Shown: piece after piece, positions 29,725 through 45,669 of the stretch
How positions within the stretch are numbered: position 1 is the stretch's first letter
Layout of the letters: every line of letters begins with the position of its first letter
Source of the DNA: the human T2T-CHM13v2.0 reference genome, Homo sapiens
Direction: 5' to 3' (one strand)
DNA: 64,000 bases
NCBI RefSeq assembly: GCF_009914755.1
Contig: NC_060941.1
The notes under the pieces: model-generated
Database searches by the model: none
Told to the model about the DNA's origin: nothing
The model's input: the letters and a program-made list of their open reading frames with translations, nothing else
Program-made: the position numbers and the translations under genes

Positions 29725-30120
29725 TGTATTAGTCAGGATAGAATAGGATAAGCTGCAGTAACAAATATCCCCAATACCCTAGTCCTTTAGCATAGATAAG
29801 AGTTTGTCTCTTAGACTACATGGGCATCACAGATCAGCAAGGGGCTCAGCTTATCATGATCTCTCAGGAAGCCAAGCTGGCAAGGGCATTATTTCAACAT
29901 TTGCTCCCCCTGCCCCCAGTGCTCCCCCTGCCCACAGCAGTGGGAAGGATGTGTCACAAACCAGGCACCCGTTCTGAAAGTTGCTGCCCAGAAGTGAAAC
30001 ATGTGTGTTCATATTTTCTTGATTAGAGTGAGTAGCATAGTGATTGCCAACTTTAAAAGAGGTAGGCAAGTGCAATCCTTCACATGCACAGAGGGCAAAG
30101 AGCACAAAAGACCACCATGC
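29725..30120 (-). mobile_element. Old MLT1 LTR
   Basis: 'tgtattagtcaggatagaataggataagctgcagtaacaaa'. Confidence 0.6.
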
Positions 30121-30664
30121 CTAATGTCAAGGTGGGAGCCTCAGCCCAGGGGCAGGACCTCCACAGGGCAGAGGTGCCCAGGGCCCAGCTCCTCCCTGGT
30201 GGGCCTCTTGTTTGCTCTCTCTTGCTCACTCCTTCTCCCTCCCCCTCTTGCTGTCTTTTTCCACGTATTCATTCATTTAACAAATATTGATTGCGCCTTC
30301 ATACAGCAGAATGTGGGGCAGCCCAGTGGACACAGCAGATTCAGCCCTGATCTTGTGAGCTCTTGTCCATCAGGGGACACCAGCAACCAAGCAAATCCCA
30401 CGTCCACCGCTTCTCAAGCCAAACCCCACGTCTTCCTTGATCCCTCTCTTCCTCACTGCCCACATCTAATTCATGAGTAAGTCCCATCAACTCCACTCCA
30501 AAATCATGCTGAATCTGACACCCCCCTCCACCACAGATGACCCCTGTCCCATCACCTCTCTCCTGTACCCCAGTAGAGGCCCCTGGATGGTCTCCCCATC
30601 CCACTCTTCCCACCTGGAGTCTGTTCTCCACACAGCAGTGAAAGCAATCTTAAAAAAGCCAATG

Positions 30665-31218
<554 letters not shown>

Positions 31219-31419
31219 GCCGATATGAGTGGAAGGCAAATATAAAATAGGTGAACAAACATAAACTAAACACAAATTGTGTTAGGCATTATGTGGACGA
31301 CAAGTGAGGTGCTGAGCTAGTGAAACTCACAGGGACAGCCTGGAGGCAGGCAGTCAGGGAAGGTGTTTCTAGCACCTGCCATGCCACCCTGGCCTCACCT
31401 CCTACCCCATCATCTGCTG

Positions 31420-31848
31420 CAGCTCCCAGTCCTGCACAGGCCAGCCTCCCATAGGTGCCATAGGGCAGTGCCTGGCCTCAGCCTACACGGTGACTCTGAG
31501 GCCCTCTGTCACGGTGGAAGGAAACATCTGAGGGCTCTCGCTCTTGTGCAATCCTGGAGAGTGGGCGACTTCACGTCCTTGGAGGCACCCCGACCAATGG
31601 ACCGACGGGGACAGGAGCCCATGCACAGAGGCTTTTCCCTTTCATCCTGGGGGGCAGGCCTGAGGTGCACATTATACAACCCCATGGGGCAAAGCGCCAG
31701 TGCCTGTGGCTGCAGCTGCCTCCAATATTGCTTTTTCCTCCTTCCCTGCTTCACTCCCTTCTTCCTTGCTCCCACTTCCAAGAATCATATTCCCAAATAA
31801 ACAACATGCCAGTAAGCCCTCATCTCAGGGGAATCAAGGCTGAGGCAG
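31420..31848 (+). mobile_element. LTR16-like ERVL LTR
   Basis: 'ccttccctgcttcactccc...tcccaaataaac...ccctcatctcagg...ggctgaggca'. Confidence 0.55.
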
Positions 31849-32932
31849 AGGCCTCCTTGAGCAAGTGACGGCTGGACTGAGCTGCACAGGCCGAGAGGAG
31901 AGGAAGGAAGACCACCCCAGGCAGCGAGGATGAGTGGGAGCAGATATCCAAGGGGTCCCAGGGGCTCATGTGTCTGGGGAATAAAGAAGGGGCAGCCGGA
32001 GTGGCCTGAGGGTAGGGAGGGAGAAGGCATCAGCCCTCGAAGGACCTTCTGAACAAGGCCAGAGAGCTGGGACTTCCTCCAAGGGCAGCCGGAAGCCATC
32101 AAAGGGTTGAATCAAGGGAATTCACACAGCTCAATATGCCTTTGAAAACGGCGGCTGCTTGTGTTCGTTCCATCTAGTCTCTGCGTGTCTTACATCCTCC
32201 CCTTTTTCTTTCATAACCTGGCTCTTCTCCGCCTTTCATTCTCTCTGACTCCCGTGCCTACCTGACCCTCTCCCGCTCCTTGCACCCGCTAACCTCTGGG
32301 GCTGCTTCCTGGACCTCTCTAGCCCTCAAGTCCCGTTAAAGACACCATGAAGAGTGAGGCAATAAGGCGAGGCAGCATCGTAGTGGGGACCGTATTTTCT
32401 GAGCCCATCCAGGACTGAGGTCTGAGAAATCTTGTTGCACCCGCGGGAGGGTTGGGGCAATGTTTGAAATTGGAGCTGTCGTGAGAGTTCTGAGAAGTAC
32501 GGTTGCCGTGACTGCATGGTGAATCCAAATTGCAGGAGTCAGACAAAGTAGAAATCGCTGTCCCCAGGATATGGGGGAAGAATTCAGGGATGGGCAGTGG
32601 GAGGCATTGAGCTTTGTAGCCCACACACCTGGCTTCTCTCCAACAACCACCACCGCTCGCTGAATGGCCACGGGCAAGTTACTTAACTTCTCCAAAACTC
32701 AACTCCAATGTTTAGAAAAATGGGGCAATAATACAGAATTCATTAGGACTCTCGGTCACAAGTAATGGGAAACACACACAAACTACCTTAAAATGAGGAG
32801 GGGAACTTGCTCTCATAGAGCACCAGGAGTCTTCCAGAGACAACAAGACAGGCGCACGTTTCTCCTCCTCTCTTTGTCTCTCCAGCCAGCACCTTCTACT
32901 TCCCAGCCAGGGTAGAGAAAGCCAGAAAACTA

Positions 32933-33834
<902 letters not shown>

Positions 33835-34110
33835 AGATTTGGCTTTTTTTTTTTACAGACATCAGTCTCTGTGTGTGTGTGTGTGCGTGTGTGTTTGTAT
33901 GTACGTGTGTCTGTCTACTGTCCCAATTCCAAATTTCTAGTAGTAGCTGGCCCAGTGGATCAAGTGACACGTGTGGGCCAATCAGCCGTGCTAAGGCACC
34001 ATAATCTAGAGAGAGAAGTCTGAGTGACTTAGATTAGCCTGGACCAAGCACCTGCAGTCATGGTGAGGCTGTGATGTGCCAATTCAAGTGTCAGAACCCC
34101 ACCCTGGAAC

Positions 34111-34295
34111 ATGTGTGTGTGAGAGTGCGTGTGTGTGAGTGTGAGTGAGGGTGAGTGCATGTGTGAGTGCATTTGTGTGTGAGTGTGTATGTGAGTGTGT
34201 GTATGAGTGTGTGTGTGAGTGAGTGTGTGTGTGTGAGTGCGTGTGTTTGTGTGTGTGAATGTGTGTGTGAGTGTGTGTGTGCGCGTGCGCACGTG
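34111..34295 (+). repeat. Compound (TG)/(TGAG)n repeat
   Basis: ~185 bp degenerate TG-rich tandem repeat. Confidence 0.9.
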
Positions 34296-35698
34296 TTGGG
34301 TGAAGGAGAGACATCCTTCCCAGAAAAGCAAGGGAGGCTGTAGCTGGGCAGTTGACAAACAGGGAACACCTCAAAAACCTAGTCCCTGAAACGGGATCAT
34401 GTTGGTGAAGTGCTCACAGCAACAGCTGCAATAAATGGTTCCCGCGACTGTAAGCTGACCCCTGCAGTGCTATTTATCTCCTCCTCCAGCAAAACTACCT
34501 TAGAGCTGCCCAGGGCCACAGTCTTCACTTCCTTATCTCTCGTTCCCTGCTTACTGCTCCACGTGGAGTAAAACCACATCTCTGTGGTCACACTCATCCA
34601 AGTTCCCAAGTTCCCATCCTCCTAATGATCACCAAAGTCAGAGGTAAGTTTTCTGTTCCTCTTCTGTGTTATTTCTCAACAGTGTTCAGGATGATTGCCC
34701 ACTCTGTCCTTCCTGAAGTGCGTCCTTCTCTTGGTCATTGGGCTCCTGCCTCCTCCCAGTTTTCCTCCGCCTCCACTGGCCTATGTTTCTGCGTGCTGGC
34801 GTGCCCCGACACTCAGCCCTTGGCCCACCTGCTTCTCTAGCCAGTAACTCTCCAAGGGCCTCATCCACTTCCGTAACTTTGTCATCTACGGCCAATGACC
34901 TTCACATCTCCATTCCAGCCCTAACTTCTCCCCAGATCTCCAAATGCCTCTATCCAACTGCCTGCATATCATGCTATCTTCACATGGGTGTTGTAAACTC
35001 AGCAGAGTGAATTGAACCCCCTCTACCCTGACTTCCCCATGCCATTGAAATAGCATTCAGTGACATAGGAGTTGTCCCAGACTCCTCTCTTTCCCTAACC
35101 CGCTACCCCCAATCCATCAGCAAGTCCTGCAGGCTCTGCTCATCAGTCATAGGCTGAATTCATCCACTTCTCTCCAGCCATCTCCACTACTATCAGGCAG
35201 CCATCACTTCTTGCCTGCACTACCCCAATAATCTCCTAACTGGTTTCCTCCCTTTCTCTGCTGTCCCCCACAATCCATTCTCCGTTTAAACGCCAAAGCG
35301 ATGATTTCAAATGTATAAGCCAGATTATGTCATGTCCTTACTTAAATGCCTTTCTTTAACACTCAGAACAGCACGCTAACTCCTTACCTTAACCGACAAA
35401 GCCCTAGAGGATCTGCCACTGCCCATCCCCCAGGTGCTACTGCACGCCATCCCCCCACAACACACACACACTCTGCTCCAGGCACGCTGGACAGCTTCTG
35501 TTTCTCCAATAATTCAAGCTTATTCCTGCCTTTGCAACCACCCACTCTGCCTAGACAGCTTTTCCCCCTCCACACCTTCCACCAAACCCTAAAGTCCCAT
35601 CTTCATGTGACCAGCTCCTCTGATCTCCCAGCTCTTGACTGAAAAGTCACCCCTCCAGTGGGCCTTCCCTAATTGCTCTATCTAAAGAAACTGCTCAG

Positions 35699-36012
35699 GG
35701 CTGGGCCTGGCGGCTCACGCCTATAATCCCAACACTTTGGAAGGCCAAGGCAGGAGGATTGCTTGAGCCCAGGAGTTTAAAACCAGCTAGCCAACACAAT
35801 GAGACCCCATCACTTAAAAAAAAAAAAAAAAGGTTTTTGTTTCAATAATCTGGATGTGGTGGCAAACGCCTGTGTACCTCCAGCAATTTGGGAGAAGTGA
35901 GAGGATTGCTTGAGTCCTGGAGGTTGAGGTTGCAGTGAGCGGTAACTTCACCACTCCACTCCAGCCTGGGCGACAGAGCAAGACCCTGTCTTAACAAAAA
36001 GAAAAGAAAAGG
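35699..36012 (+). mobile_element. AluJ
   Basis: J diagnostics; TSD aagaaactgctcag/aggaagctgcttag. Confidence 0.9.
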
Positions 36013-36076
36013 AAGCTGCTTAGTGGATCTGTATCCGTCACCTATTGATTTCTCTGCATAGAAATCAGTACTTTTC

Positions 36077-36389
36077 AGTCAGGCGTGGTGGCTCATGCCT
36101 GTAATCCCAGCACTTTGGGAGGCCGAGGCAGGCAGATCACGAGGTCAGGAGATCGAGACCATCCTGGCTAACATGGTGAAACCCCGTCTCTACTGAAAAT
36201 ACAAAAATTAGCTGGGTGTGGTGGTGCGTGCCTGTAATCCCAGCTACTCAGGAGGCTGTGGCAGGAGAATCATTTGAACCCAGGAGGCGGAGGTTGCAGT
36301 GAGCCAAGATCACGCCACTGCAGTCCAGCCTGGGCAACAAAAGGAGACACTGTCTCAAAAAAAAAAAAAAAGAAAAGAAAAGAAAGAAA
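36077..36389 (+). mobile_element. AluSc-like
   Basis: 'gatcacgaggtcaggagatcgagaccatcctggc'; TSD agaaatcagtacttttc/agaaatcggtatttttc. Confidence 0.95.
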
Positions 36390-37000
36390 GAAATCGGTAT
36401 TTTTCAAATTTATTTATTGGTTTATGCATCTGTCCTTTTCTAATGTATTTATTTCTTTATGGTCTATCATTCACCAAAATATAATCTCCATGAGAGTAAG
36501 GACCTCATTTATTCTTCTGTCCCCTATGTCCAAAACAGTGCCTTTCACATAGTTAGCACTTAACAAAATAGAAGAAAATAATAAATATATAGTAAAGGGG
36601 CAAAAGGGGTAATAAACCAAACATTATTTAAAAAAAAAAAAAGGTCACTTGTGGATGAAGAAGTGCAACAAATATCTGGAAAGGGAAAAATGATGGAAGT
36701 GTGCAGATGGAGGAAGCTGCCACTGGAATATGCTCCCGGGAGGCTGGGTTGAGTCAGCCACTGAATTTGCATAAAGAACGCTAGAGAGATTGGGGCTTGC
36801 AGTTGTCAAATACAACCTGTGGTGGGAGGGAAAAGGGGGAGGTGGTGCCAAAAACACAGGGGTTAATTGAAACTCTGTGGAACAAATTTGTCATTCACCA
36901 CCCTCCAACCCCACTCCCACCTAACAGAGCAATAGGCAACACAGCGAAAACCAGAAAGCACTCCTGGCTAAATCAATGAAACTGCTAGTAGAGAATGGGA

Positions 37001-37290
37001 GGCCGGCGCGGTGGCTCACGCCTATAATCCCAGCCCTTTGAGAGGCCAAGACGGGAGGATCACTTGAGCTCAGGAGTCCAAGACCAGCCTCAGTAACAAA
37101 GGGAGACCCCCTCTATACCAAAATTTTTTTTTAAATTAGCTGAGCATGGTGATGTGTGCCTGTAGTACCAGCTACTCAGGAGGCTGAGGCTGGAGGATGA
37201 CTTGAGCGCAAGAGTTCAAGCCTGCAATGAGCTGTGATTGTTCTACTGCACTCCAGCCTGGGCAGCAGAGCGAAACCCTGTCTCAAAAAA
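37001..37290 (+). mobile_element. AluJ
   Basis: Full dimer with J diagnostics. Confidence 0.9.
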
Positions 37291-37785
37291 AGAGAGAAAG
37301 AGAGAACAGAGCGGCTGTTGTGGCTGCTGGTGTTCCATAGTAAAGTTCATCTCGTTCTGCCATTTTTGCCTCCCCACAACCTAGCTTCACAGCCACGTCC
37401 CTGGCCAGTCCTCATAAAGCAAAGCCAGATAGTAAAGCAAGCCCTGCACATGAACCCAGAGGTCCGAGGCAGCATCTCCATATAGGGGAGGTACTCAATG
37501 GGAAAATAAAACCACATATAAAAATCAGGAAACCCACGCCAACCTCCTAGAATAATTACCCCCGTCCTTCATTCTTAAATAGAAACAGAAAAATGAGATT
37601 CACTAGACATGTGACAAATGAAAGAGAAACTCTAAGATTAAAAAAGAAAATGAACAGCAATCCAAATGTATCATCAAAGAAATGTGGAAGCCGATTACGT
37701 CCAAAAAAGAGAACAGATTGCAATGAAAAAAGGAATTATCAGAGAACAAGAAAAAGTTCTTAGAATTTAAATCATATGGTTGTTA

Positions 37786-38655
37786 CCATAAAGGCCACAT
37801 ATGGCAAGCCCACAGCTAACATCGTACACAATTGCAGAAAGTTGAAAGCTCTTTCCTCTAAGATCTGGAATAAGACAAGGATGCCCAGTTTCACCACTTC
37901 TATTCAACAGAGTACTAGGAGCCCTAACCAGAGCAATTAGGCAAGAAAAAGAAATAAAATGCATCGAAATAGAAAGAAAGAAGTAAAATTGTCTCTGCTT
38001 GCTGATGGCATGGTCTTATAAATAGAAAATCCTAAAGACTCCATCAAAAAACTGTCAGAACTGATAAAGGAAGTCAGTAAGGTTGCAGGATACAAAATCG
38101 ACTTACAAAAATCAATAGCATTTCTATACACTGCTAACAAACTATCTGCAAAAGAAATTAAGAAAACAACCCCATTTTTAATAGCATCAAAAAAAACACA
38201 GGAGTTAATTGAACCATGCTGAAAACAATAAAACATTAGTGAAAGAAATTGAAGATAACACAAATAAATGGAAAGATATCCCATGTTCATGGGTTGAATT
38301 AATATTGTTAAAATGTCTATACTACCCAAAGGTATCTCAGATTCAATGCAATCCCCATCAAAGTTTCAATGTCATTTTTCACAGAAATAAAAAAAAATCC
38401 TAAAAATGTGTTCAGAAAAACAAAGGGGGTAAATATTATGTTAAGTGTTCATACTCCCCCGCCCCACACACACAAAAACAAATAAATAAAGTCAGTAAGA
38501 GGAAATTTAGAGAAGTGATGGATATATCTATGACCTTGATAGTAGGAATAGTTTCACTGGTATATACTTATCCCCAAACCAATCCAGTTGTATACATTAA
38601 ATATGTACAGCTTTTGTATGTCAATCATACCCCAATAAAGTGGTTTTTAAAAAAG
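37786..38655 (+). mobile_element. 5'-truncated, internally deleted L1MA/MB
   Basis: ORF2 RT 'ctaagatctggaataagacaaggatgccca' jumping at ~38410 to 3'UTR 'tcaatcataccccaataaag'; TSD aaatcatatggttgtt/aaacaatatagttgct. Confidence 0.8.
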
Positions 38656-39375
38656 AAACAATATAGTTGCTGAAATATAAATACATTAGAAGGGTTAGAA
38701 CGTAAAGTTGAGAGAATTTCCAAAATGTTATAAGAAAGAGAAAACCTGCATATGCAGAAAGAAAGAAAAGATAAGAGACATAGCACATCAATCCAGGAGG
38801 TCCAACATCTGACTAATAGACCCTATAGAAAGCGAGCAGAGAAAAAAACATACATAAGTAAACTACTAAATAAAAGCAGAAGAAGGTTTTCCATTATTTA
38901 AGGCAGAAAGAATCTTTCGGAATATAATATTGGGAAACATTAGTTCATCAAACAAAAAGACCCTGAAAGTCTCCAGAGAGAGGAAAGAAGTTACTTACAA
39001 AGGAATTAGACACCACCTGTGGTTTCTCATCAGCAGTACTGGATCCAGAAGTAAAATGAGGCCCTCAACATTCCCAGGAAAAATTTGTTTTGAAATTAGA
39101 AAACTATGCCCACCCAAACAAACAATGAAGGAAAAAAAAAGTCTCAGACATCCAAAAATGCAGAAAAACTACCTCCTCTGCATCACTTCCAAAGAAATTA
39201 CCAGAAAAAGTACTCTAACAATATAAACAAGATACCAAGAAAAAGAGAAAGTTGGATTCAAGAAAAAGCAGAACTCTCACTAAAAAGGAAATCCCAGGAT
39301 AATGGCTGGTTGGAACCAAATGTCAGTGTACTCTAAAGACAAGTTCTTCAAAAAGAGCACAGTAAATTCCGAACG

Positions 39376-39655
39376 AGGCAGGCGCAGTGGCTCATGCCTG
39401 TACTCCCAGCACTTTGGGAGGCTGAGGCAGGCAGATTACTCGAGGCCAGGAGTTCGAGACCAGCCTAGCCAACATGGTGAAACCCCATCTCTACTAAAAA
39501 TACAAAAATTAGCCAGGCATGGTGGCGCATGCCTGTAATCCCACCTATTTAGGAAGCTGAGGCACGAGAATTGCTTGAACCTGGGAAGTGGAGGTTGCAA
39601 GATAGCTGAGGTCGCACCACTGCACTCCAGAGACTCCGTCTCAAAATAAAGAAAA
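39376..39655 (+). mobile_element. AluS
   Basis: Dimer with short 3' deletion. Confidence 0.9.
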
Positions 39656-39774
39656 AGTAAATAAACAAATAAATTCTAAATGATAGGTAGACTTAATAAG
39701 AAATTGGAAGATGTTTGTGAAATGATGAGTAAGATAATTTTGCTTCCACCAAAAAGAAGAAAAATATACACTTA

Positions 39775-40066
<292 letters not shown>

Positions 40067-40599
40067 GTATATATCTATATACACACATATATATATATAC
40101 ACACACACACACACATGCACACACTTAAAAATGCCAAGAAAAAAATTGTACCAAACAATCATGATCTGAATCATGAAGCAAATTAAAATGTGGCATGATT
40201 TTGAACAAGTGATGGAGAATACAAAAAGATTTGATTTTGTATAAGGGTTATGATATGAGATTGGAGAGGAAAAAAACATAATCCCTTTATACCATACTAC
40301 TGGTTCACTGCAGAAAACAATGCTTATATCATCACAAAATACAAAGGCTGTTGACTGGATTTCAACTTTTAAAATCATTGTATAGATAAAACATGAATGA
40401 CCTAAATGTGGTTAAAAAACAAACTTTCAATGTCGCCAATTTTGACAATGTGAAAGATAAGGATGCAGAAGTTGGGAAGTTAGAAGGGGTGGGGAGAAGA
40501 GGAGAAAGGAGAATAGGAAATCTAATCATGTCCTCGTGTTACAGGGTGGGCACACAGAATTACTGGCTTACATTAAGGGAATAAGAATTGGACTTTTTA

Positions 40600-40880
40600 G
40601 GCTGGGCATGGTGGCTCACATCTGTAATCCCAGCACCTTGGAATACCTGAGGTCAGGAGTTCAAGACCAGCCTGACCAATATGGTGAAACCCCATCTTTA
40701 CTAAAAATACAAAAATTTGCCAGGCGTGGTGGCAGGTGGCTGTAATCCCAGCTACTCAGGAGGCTGAGACAGGAGAATTGCTTGAACCTAAGAGGTGGAG
40801 GTTGCGGTGAGCTGAGATCATATCACCGCACTCCATCCTGGGTGACAGATGGAGACTCCATCTCAAAAAAAAAAAAAAAA
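40600..40880 (+). mobile_element. AluS
   Basis: Dimer with left-arm deletion; A16 tail. Confidence 0.9.
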
Positions 40881-40900
40881 CAGAATTGGAAGAATCAGAC

Positions 40901-41180
40901 TTTTTTTGAGACCAGGTTTCACTCTGTTGCCCAGGCTGGAGTACAGTGGTATGATCATGGTTCACTGCGACCTTGACCTCCTGAGCACAAATGATCCTCC
41001 TGCCTCAACCTCCTGAGTAGCTGGGACTACAGGCACATGCCACCACACACCTGGCTAATTTTTTTGCTTTTTGTAGAGATGGGGTCTTTCTATGTTGCCC
41101 AGGCTGGTCTCAACTCCTGGGCTCAAATGATCCTCCCACCTCATCCCTTCAAATTGCTGAGATTACAGATGTGAGCCACC
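40901..41180 (-). mobile_element. AluJ (antisense)
   Basis: 'gatcatggttcactgcgaccttgacctcctgagcacaa' J-type. Confidence 0.9.
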
Positions 41181-42321
41181 AACAAAATTGGATATTTTAA
41201 GTGTATTAATTAAAATTGATAAGGTAACCAGTAGAAGAAATAATTACCAAAATAGGACGTAGATGGGGGAAGTAAGCAAAGTCTTCATATCTCACAGTAG
41301 GGAACCAATATGGGCCTAAAGTTAACAAATCAAGAAATGGAAGTTTAACAATATTAGAGGCCACCAAAGACCACACACACACACACACACAACACACACA
41401 CACACACATACACGACAGTGGTTGCCTCTGAAGGACAGAACTACACGTATAGACTCGTGGGGAGTTCTTTATGATCAGCTGACTGAAAAAGGAAATTAAA
41501 TCAGATCTAATTTACAGATGGTTCTGCATGGTATATTGGCATCAACCAGAAGAAGACTACTATTAATACATTACCACTGTAATCGAGAGCATCTCTTAAA
41601 GGCAGTGGTTAAGGGAAATCCTCCCACTAGACAGAAGTTCCAGCATTATCTTTGGTTGTCTACTTGGGCTGAATGGAGAGATAACCAAAAGTGTGGATCT
41701 ACACTAACTTATGGGCTGTGGTTAATGGCTGGACAGGATGCTCAGGGACTTGGAAATAACAAGATTGGAAGATGAAGACAAGGAGCTCTGGGAAGGAGGA
41801 ATGTGGATGGACTTCTTGGAGTAGGCACAGAGGACAAATATGTTTGTGTGCCGTCTGAATATTCACCAAAGTCTAGCCACTGTAGAGGAGGTTTTCAACA
41901 AGATGACACATTTTGTGGATATCCATTTACATTTTTCCCCAGGCCCCTGATGGTTGTGCAATAGGAGAGTATACAAAACAGTCACAGTGGCAATAGCAGA
42001 GTCTATGTGTGGGCTTAGTGATAAGAACTCCACTCACAAAATCCACCTGGCTACCACCTCTGCTGCATGCCCAAACTGACAACAGCAGAGACCAACACTG
42101 AGCTGGTCTCTAGTACCATTCTGCAGGGGGATTAGCCAGACATGTGGTAACAGGTTGATTATATGGAAAGGGGCAGCAATTTGCCCTCCCTAGAATAATA
42201 TGTATTCAGGATATAGATGTACCTTCCCTGCTGACAAAGTTTCTGCTAGTACTACTATCCATGACCTCATAGGGTGCCTTATCCTGTGAGGATAAGGTTA
42301 TCCACCATCATGATATTCCAC

Positions 42322-42656
42322 AGATGTGGTTTGGCTGTGTCCCCACCCGAATCTCATCTTGAATTCCCATGTGTTGTGGGAGAGACCTGGTGGGAGGTAA
42401 TTGGATCATGGGGGCGGTCTTTCCCATGCTGTTCTCGTGATAGTGAATAAGTCTCACGAGATCTGATGGTTGTAAAAAGGGGAGTTTCCCCACACAAGCT
42501 CTCTTCTCTTGTCTGCCGCCATGTGAGACGTGCCTTTCACCTTCCACCATGATTGTGAGGCATCCCCAGCCACACAGAACTGTAAGTCCATTAAGCCTTT
42601 TTTTCTTCCAAGTCTCAGGTATGTCTTTATCAGCAATGTGAAAACGGACTAATACA
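42322..42656 (+). mobile_element. THE1A/B solo LTR
   Basis: 'gatgtggtttggctgtgtccccaccc...aaaacggactaataca'; TSD tccac/cccac. Confidence 0.9.
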
Positions 42657-42689
42657 CCCACATGACAATGTTTCTGATCAAGAAACTCA

Positions 42690-43020
<331 letters not shown>

Positions 43021-43285
43021 GTAAAGCAATGGCTCATGCCCCTGGAAATCAATGGTCTTCCCACATACCCCATCACACAAAAGCAGCTGGTCTGACAGAA
43101 CAAGCAAATGACCTACTGAAAACTCAGTCTGCCAACTGGACAATAACATTCCAAAAGATTGGTCTGTTTTACAGGATGCAGCATATGCTGTGAATTGATG
43201 TCCAATCTACAGCCATGTTTTTCCCAGACCAGAATACACAGGCCAGGGAAACAAGGAGTGGAAGTGGAAGTGACTCCTCTTACTA

Positions 43286-43613
<328 letters not shown>

Positions 43614-44223
43614 TGAATAAACAGGCAGAGAAGAGAATCACTTTCCTAGTTAGCAAAGAGAAACTAGTTAGCTACTATATAAAGGAGACAAGGAACCCAG
43701 GAAGTTCTCTGGTGACCCGTGTAGTACTTCCTTGTCTAAGGGAAGACTAATGGATATGGAACAGGCAATGAGAGAAGGAAGTTAATATCAACATGACCTC
43801 ATAAAAACAAGAACATAGAAAGCAGGAATATTTTCTTCCTTGCCTGTTGATATGTATACATGTTTGCACTGGCACATATTAACTAATGTCTCTTCTCTCT
43901 CCTTTGCCGTTTTTATTTTATGTAAAGATTATTAGCAGTGGTTAACTTCACAATTTCATCTTTAAGTTACAAAATATTCAGATGGGACCATGACTAGTTT
44001 TGAGGGGTGATCAACATCATCTAGAAACGAGTACCATGACTGTCACTCAGAGGAGGATATAAGAGCTCTTGGGATTTTATGTCTCCTCTCTTTGAGAACA
44101 CTGTGAGTGTCTTTGTACAAAAGATAATTGCATGTTATAAGGTAAAGGTGTACGTTTGTTGTTATCATTAGATGGTGTTCAGTACATGTAGATGGATGCT
44201 GAGTAGCCAAAGGGGTGGAGGAC

Positions 44224-45171
44224 TGTGTCAGCTGTCAAGCTATCATCTCTCAACTCCGAGCTCACCCTTCTATTTATTTATTTATTCATTCATTTATTTT
44301 TATTTTTATTTTTATTTTTATTTTGTTTTGTTTTGAGATGGAGTCTTGCTCTGTCACCCAGGCTGGAGTGCAGTGGCGCAGTCTCAGACACTGCAACCTC
44401 TGCTTCCCAGGTTCAAGTGATTCTCCTGCCTCAGCCTCCAGAGTGCCTGGAACCACAGGTGCCTGCCACCACACCTGGCTAATTTTTGTATTTTTAGTAG
44501 AGGTGGGGTTTTGCCATGTTGGCCAGGCTAGTTTCAAACTCATGACCTCAGGTGATCTGCCTGCCTCAGCCTCCCAAAATGTTGGGATTACGGGCATGAG
44601 TCACCACGCCCAGCCCGAGCTCACTCTTCTAAACTCTACGTTTTGGTGCTAAGATTGGGGCTCTGCACATAACATCTCTCCTTCGTCAACTGGCTCCTTG
44701 TTGGGTTCTGCCTGTAGGAGGACTAGAGAGAAACCAAAGGCTGGAGGAGAGAAAAGAGGCATATGCTCTTTCTGCTGGCTTATTCTTCTTGTCCCTGTCT
44801 CTCCAGCAACAGATCTCCCCCCGAGCAGCAGCAGTGCATTCCAGTAGCCAGTTTTTACTGCACAATCTCATCATGCTCCTTCAGAGATAGCAGCACCAGT
44901 CAGCCAGGCTGCAGCGTCTGAGGTCTAAACCCAGCTCCATGGGGCCTCTTCTTCAAGCTTGTAGAGTCAGATAACCACGACATCTCCCTTTTGTTCTGCC
45001 CATCCTAGGGATGATGGCTTCTTTCTCTAGTTCCTCTAACCATGCTACTTCAATGTTCTCTTTGGGCTTTTTCAGTCCTCCAATACCTGTTTAGCCAATT
45101 CTCTATATTAAATTCTCTGTTAAGATAACTGGTGTGGTTTCTATTTTCCTGACTGAACTCTGACTAATACA
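44224..45171 (+). mobile_element. ERVL 3' LTR (LTR33/LTR41-like), interrupted by Alu
   Basis: Starts TG immediately after PPT, ends 'tgactaataca'; ATTAAA near end. Confidence 0.65.
44270..44615 (-). mobile_element. AluSx-like (antisense)
   Basis: TSD ccgagctcacccttcta/ccgagctcactcttcta. Confidence 0.95.
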
Positions 45172-45336
45172 AGCAGGCAACTGTAATTTTTTATTATAAG
45201 CCTCCTATACAATTGGAATTTGTTTAAATTCTGCATGTATACTACTTTTTGTTACTTTTTTCCAATTCTGCAATGTAATTGCAAGGAGAGTGCAGTTACA
45301 GAGTACTGCCAGACCATTTAGAAGAAGAAACTCCTC

Positions 45337-45656
45337 GGCCAGGCGTGGTGGCTCATACCTGTAATCCCAGCACTTTGGGAGGCCAAGGCGGGCAGATCAT
45401 GAGGTCAGGAGATCGAGACCATCCTGGCTAACACAGTGAAACCCCATCTCTACTAAAAAAATACCAAAAAAAATCATCTGGGCGTGGTGGCGGGCACCTG
45501 TAGTCCCAGCTACTCGGGAGGCTGAAGCAGAAGAATGGCGTGAACACAGGAGGCGGAGCTTGCAGTGAGCCGAGATCACGCCACTGCACTCCAGCCTGAG
45601 CGATAGAGCGAGACTCTGTCTCAGAAAAAAAAAAAAAAGAAGAAGAAGAAGAAGAA
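45337..45656 (+). mobile_element. AluY with (GAA)6 tail
   Basis: Y diagnostics; TSD gaagaagaaactcctc/gaagaagagcctcctc. Confidence 0.95.
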
Positions 45657-45669
45657 GAGCCTCCTCTAC

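Larger units (their letters stand above)
34560..36580 (+). mobile_element. L2 LINE (ORF2 3' part to 3' end), interrupted by Alus
   Basis: 'ccaatccatcagcaagtcctgc', 'ctcctaactggtttcc', 'ctccatgagagtaaggac...aacagtgcct'. Confidence 0.75.

Noticed and set aside
37937-38403. ORFs resembling L1 ORF2
   Set aside because: Fragments of a dead, truncated L1 with frameshifts; not a gene.
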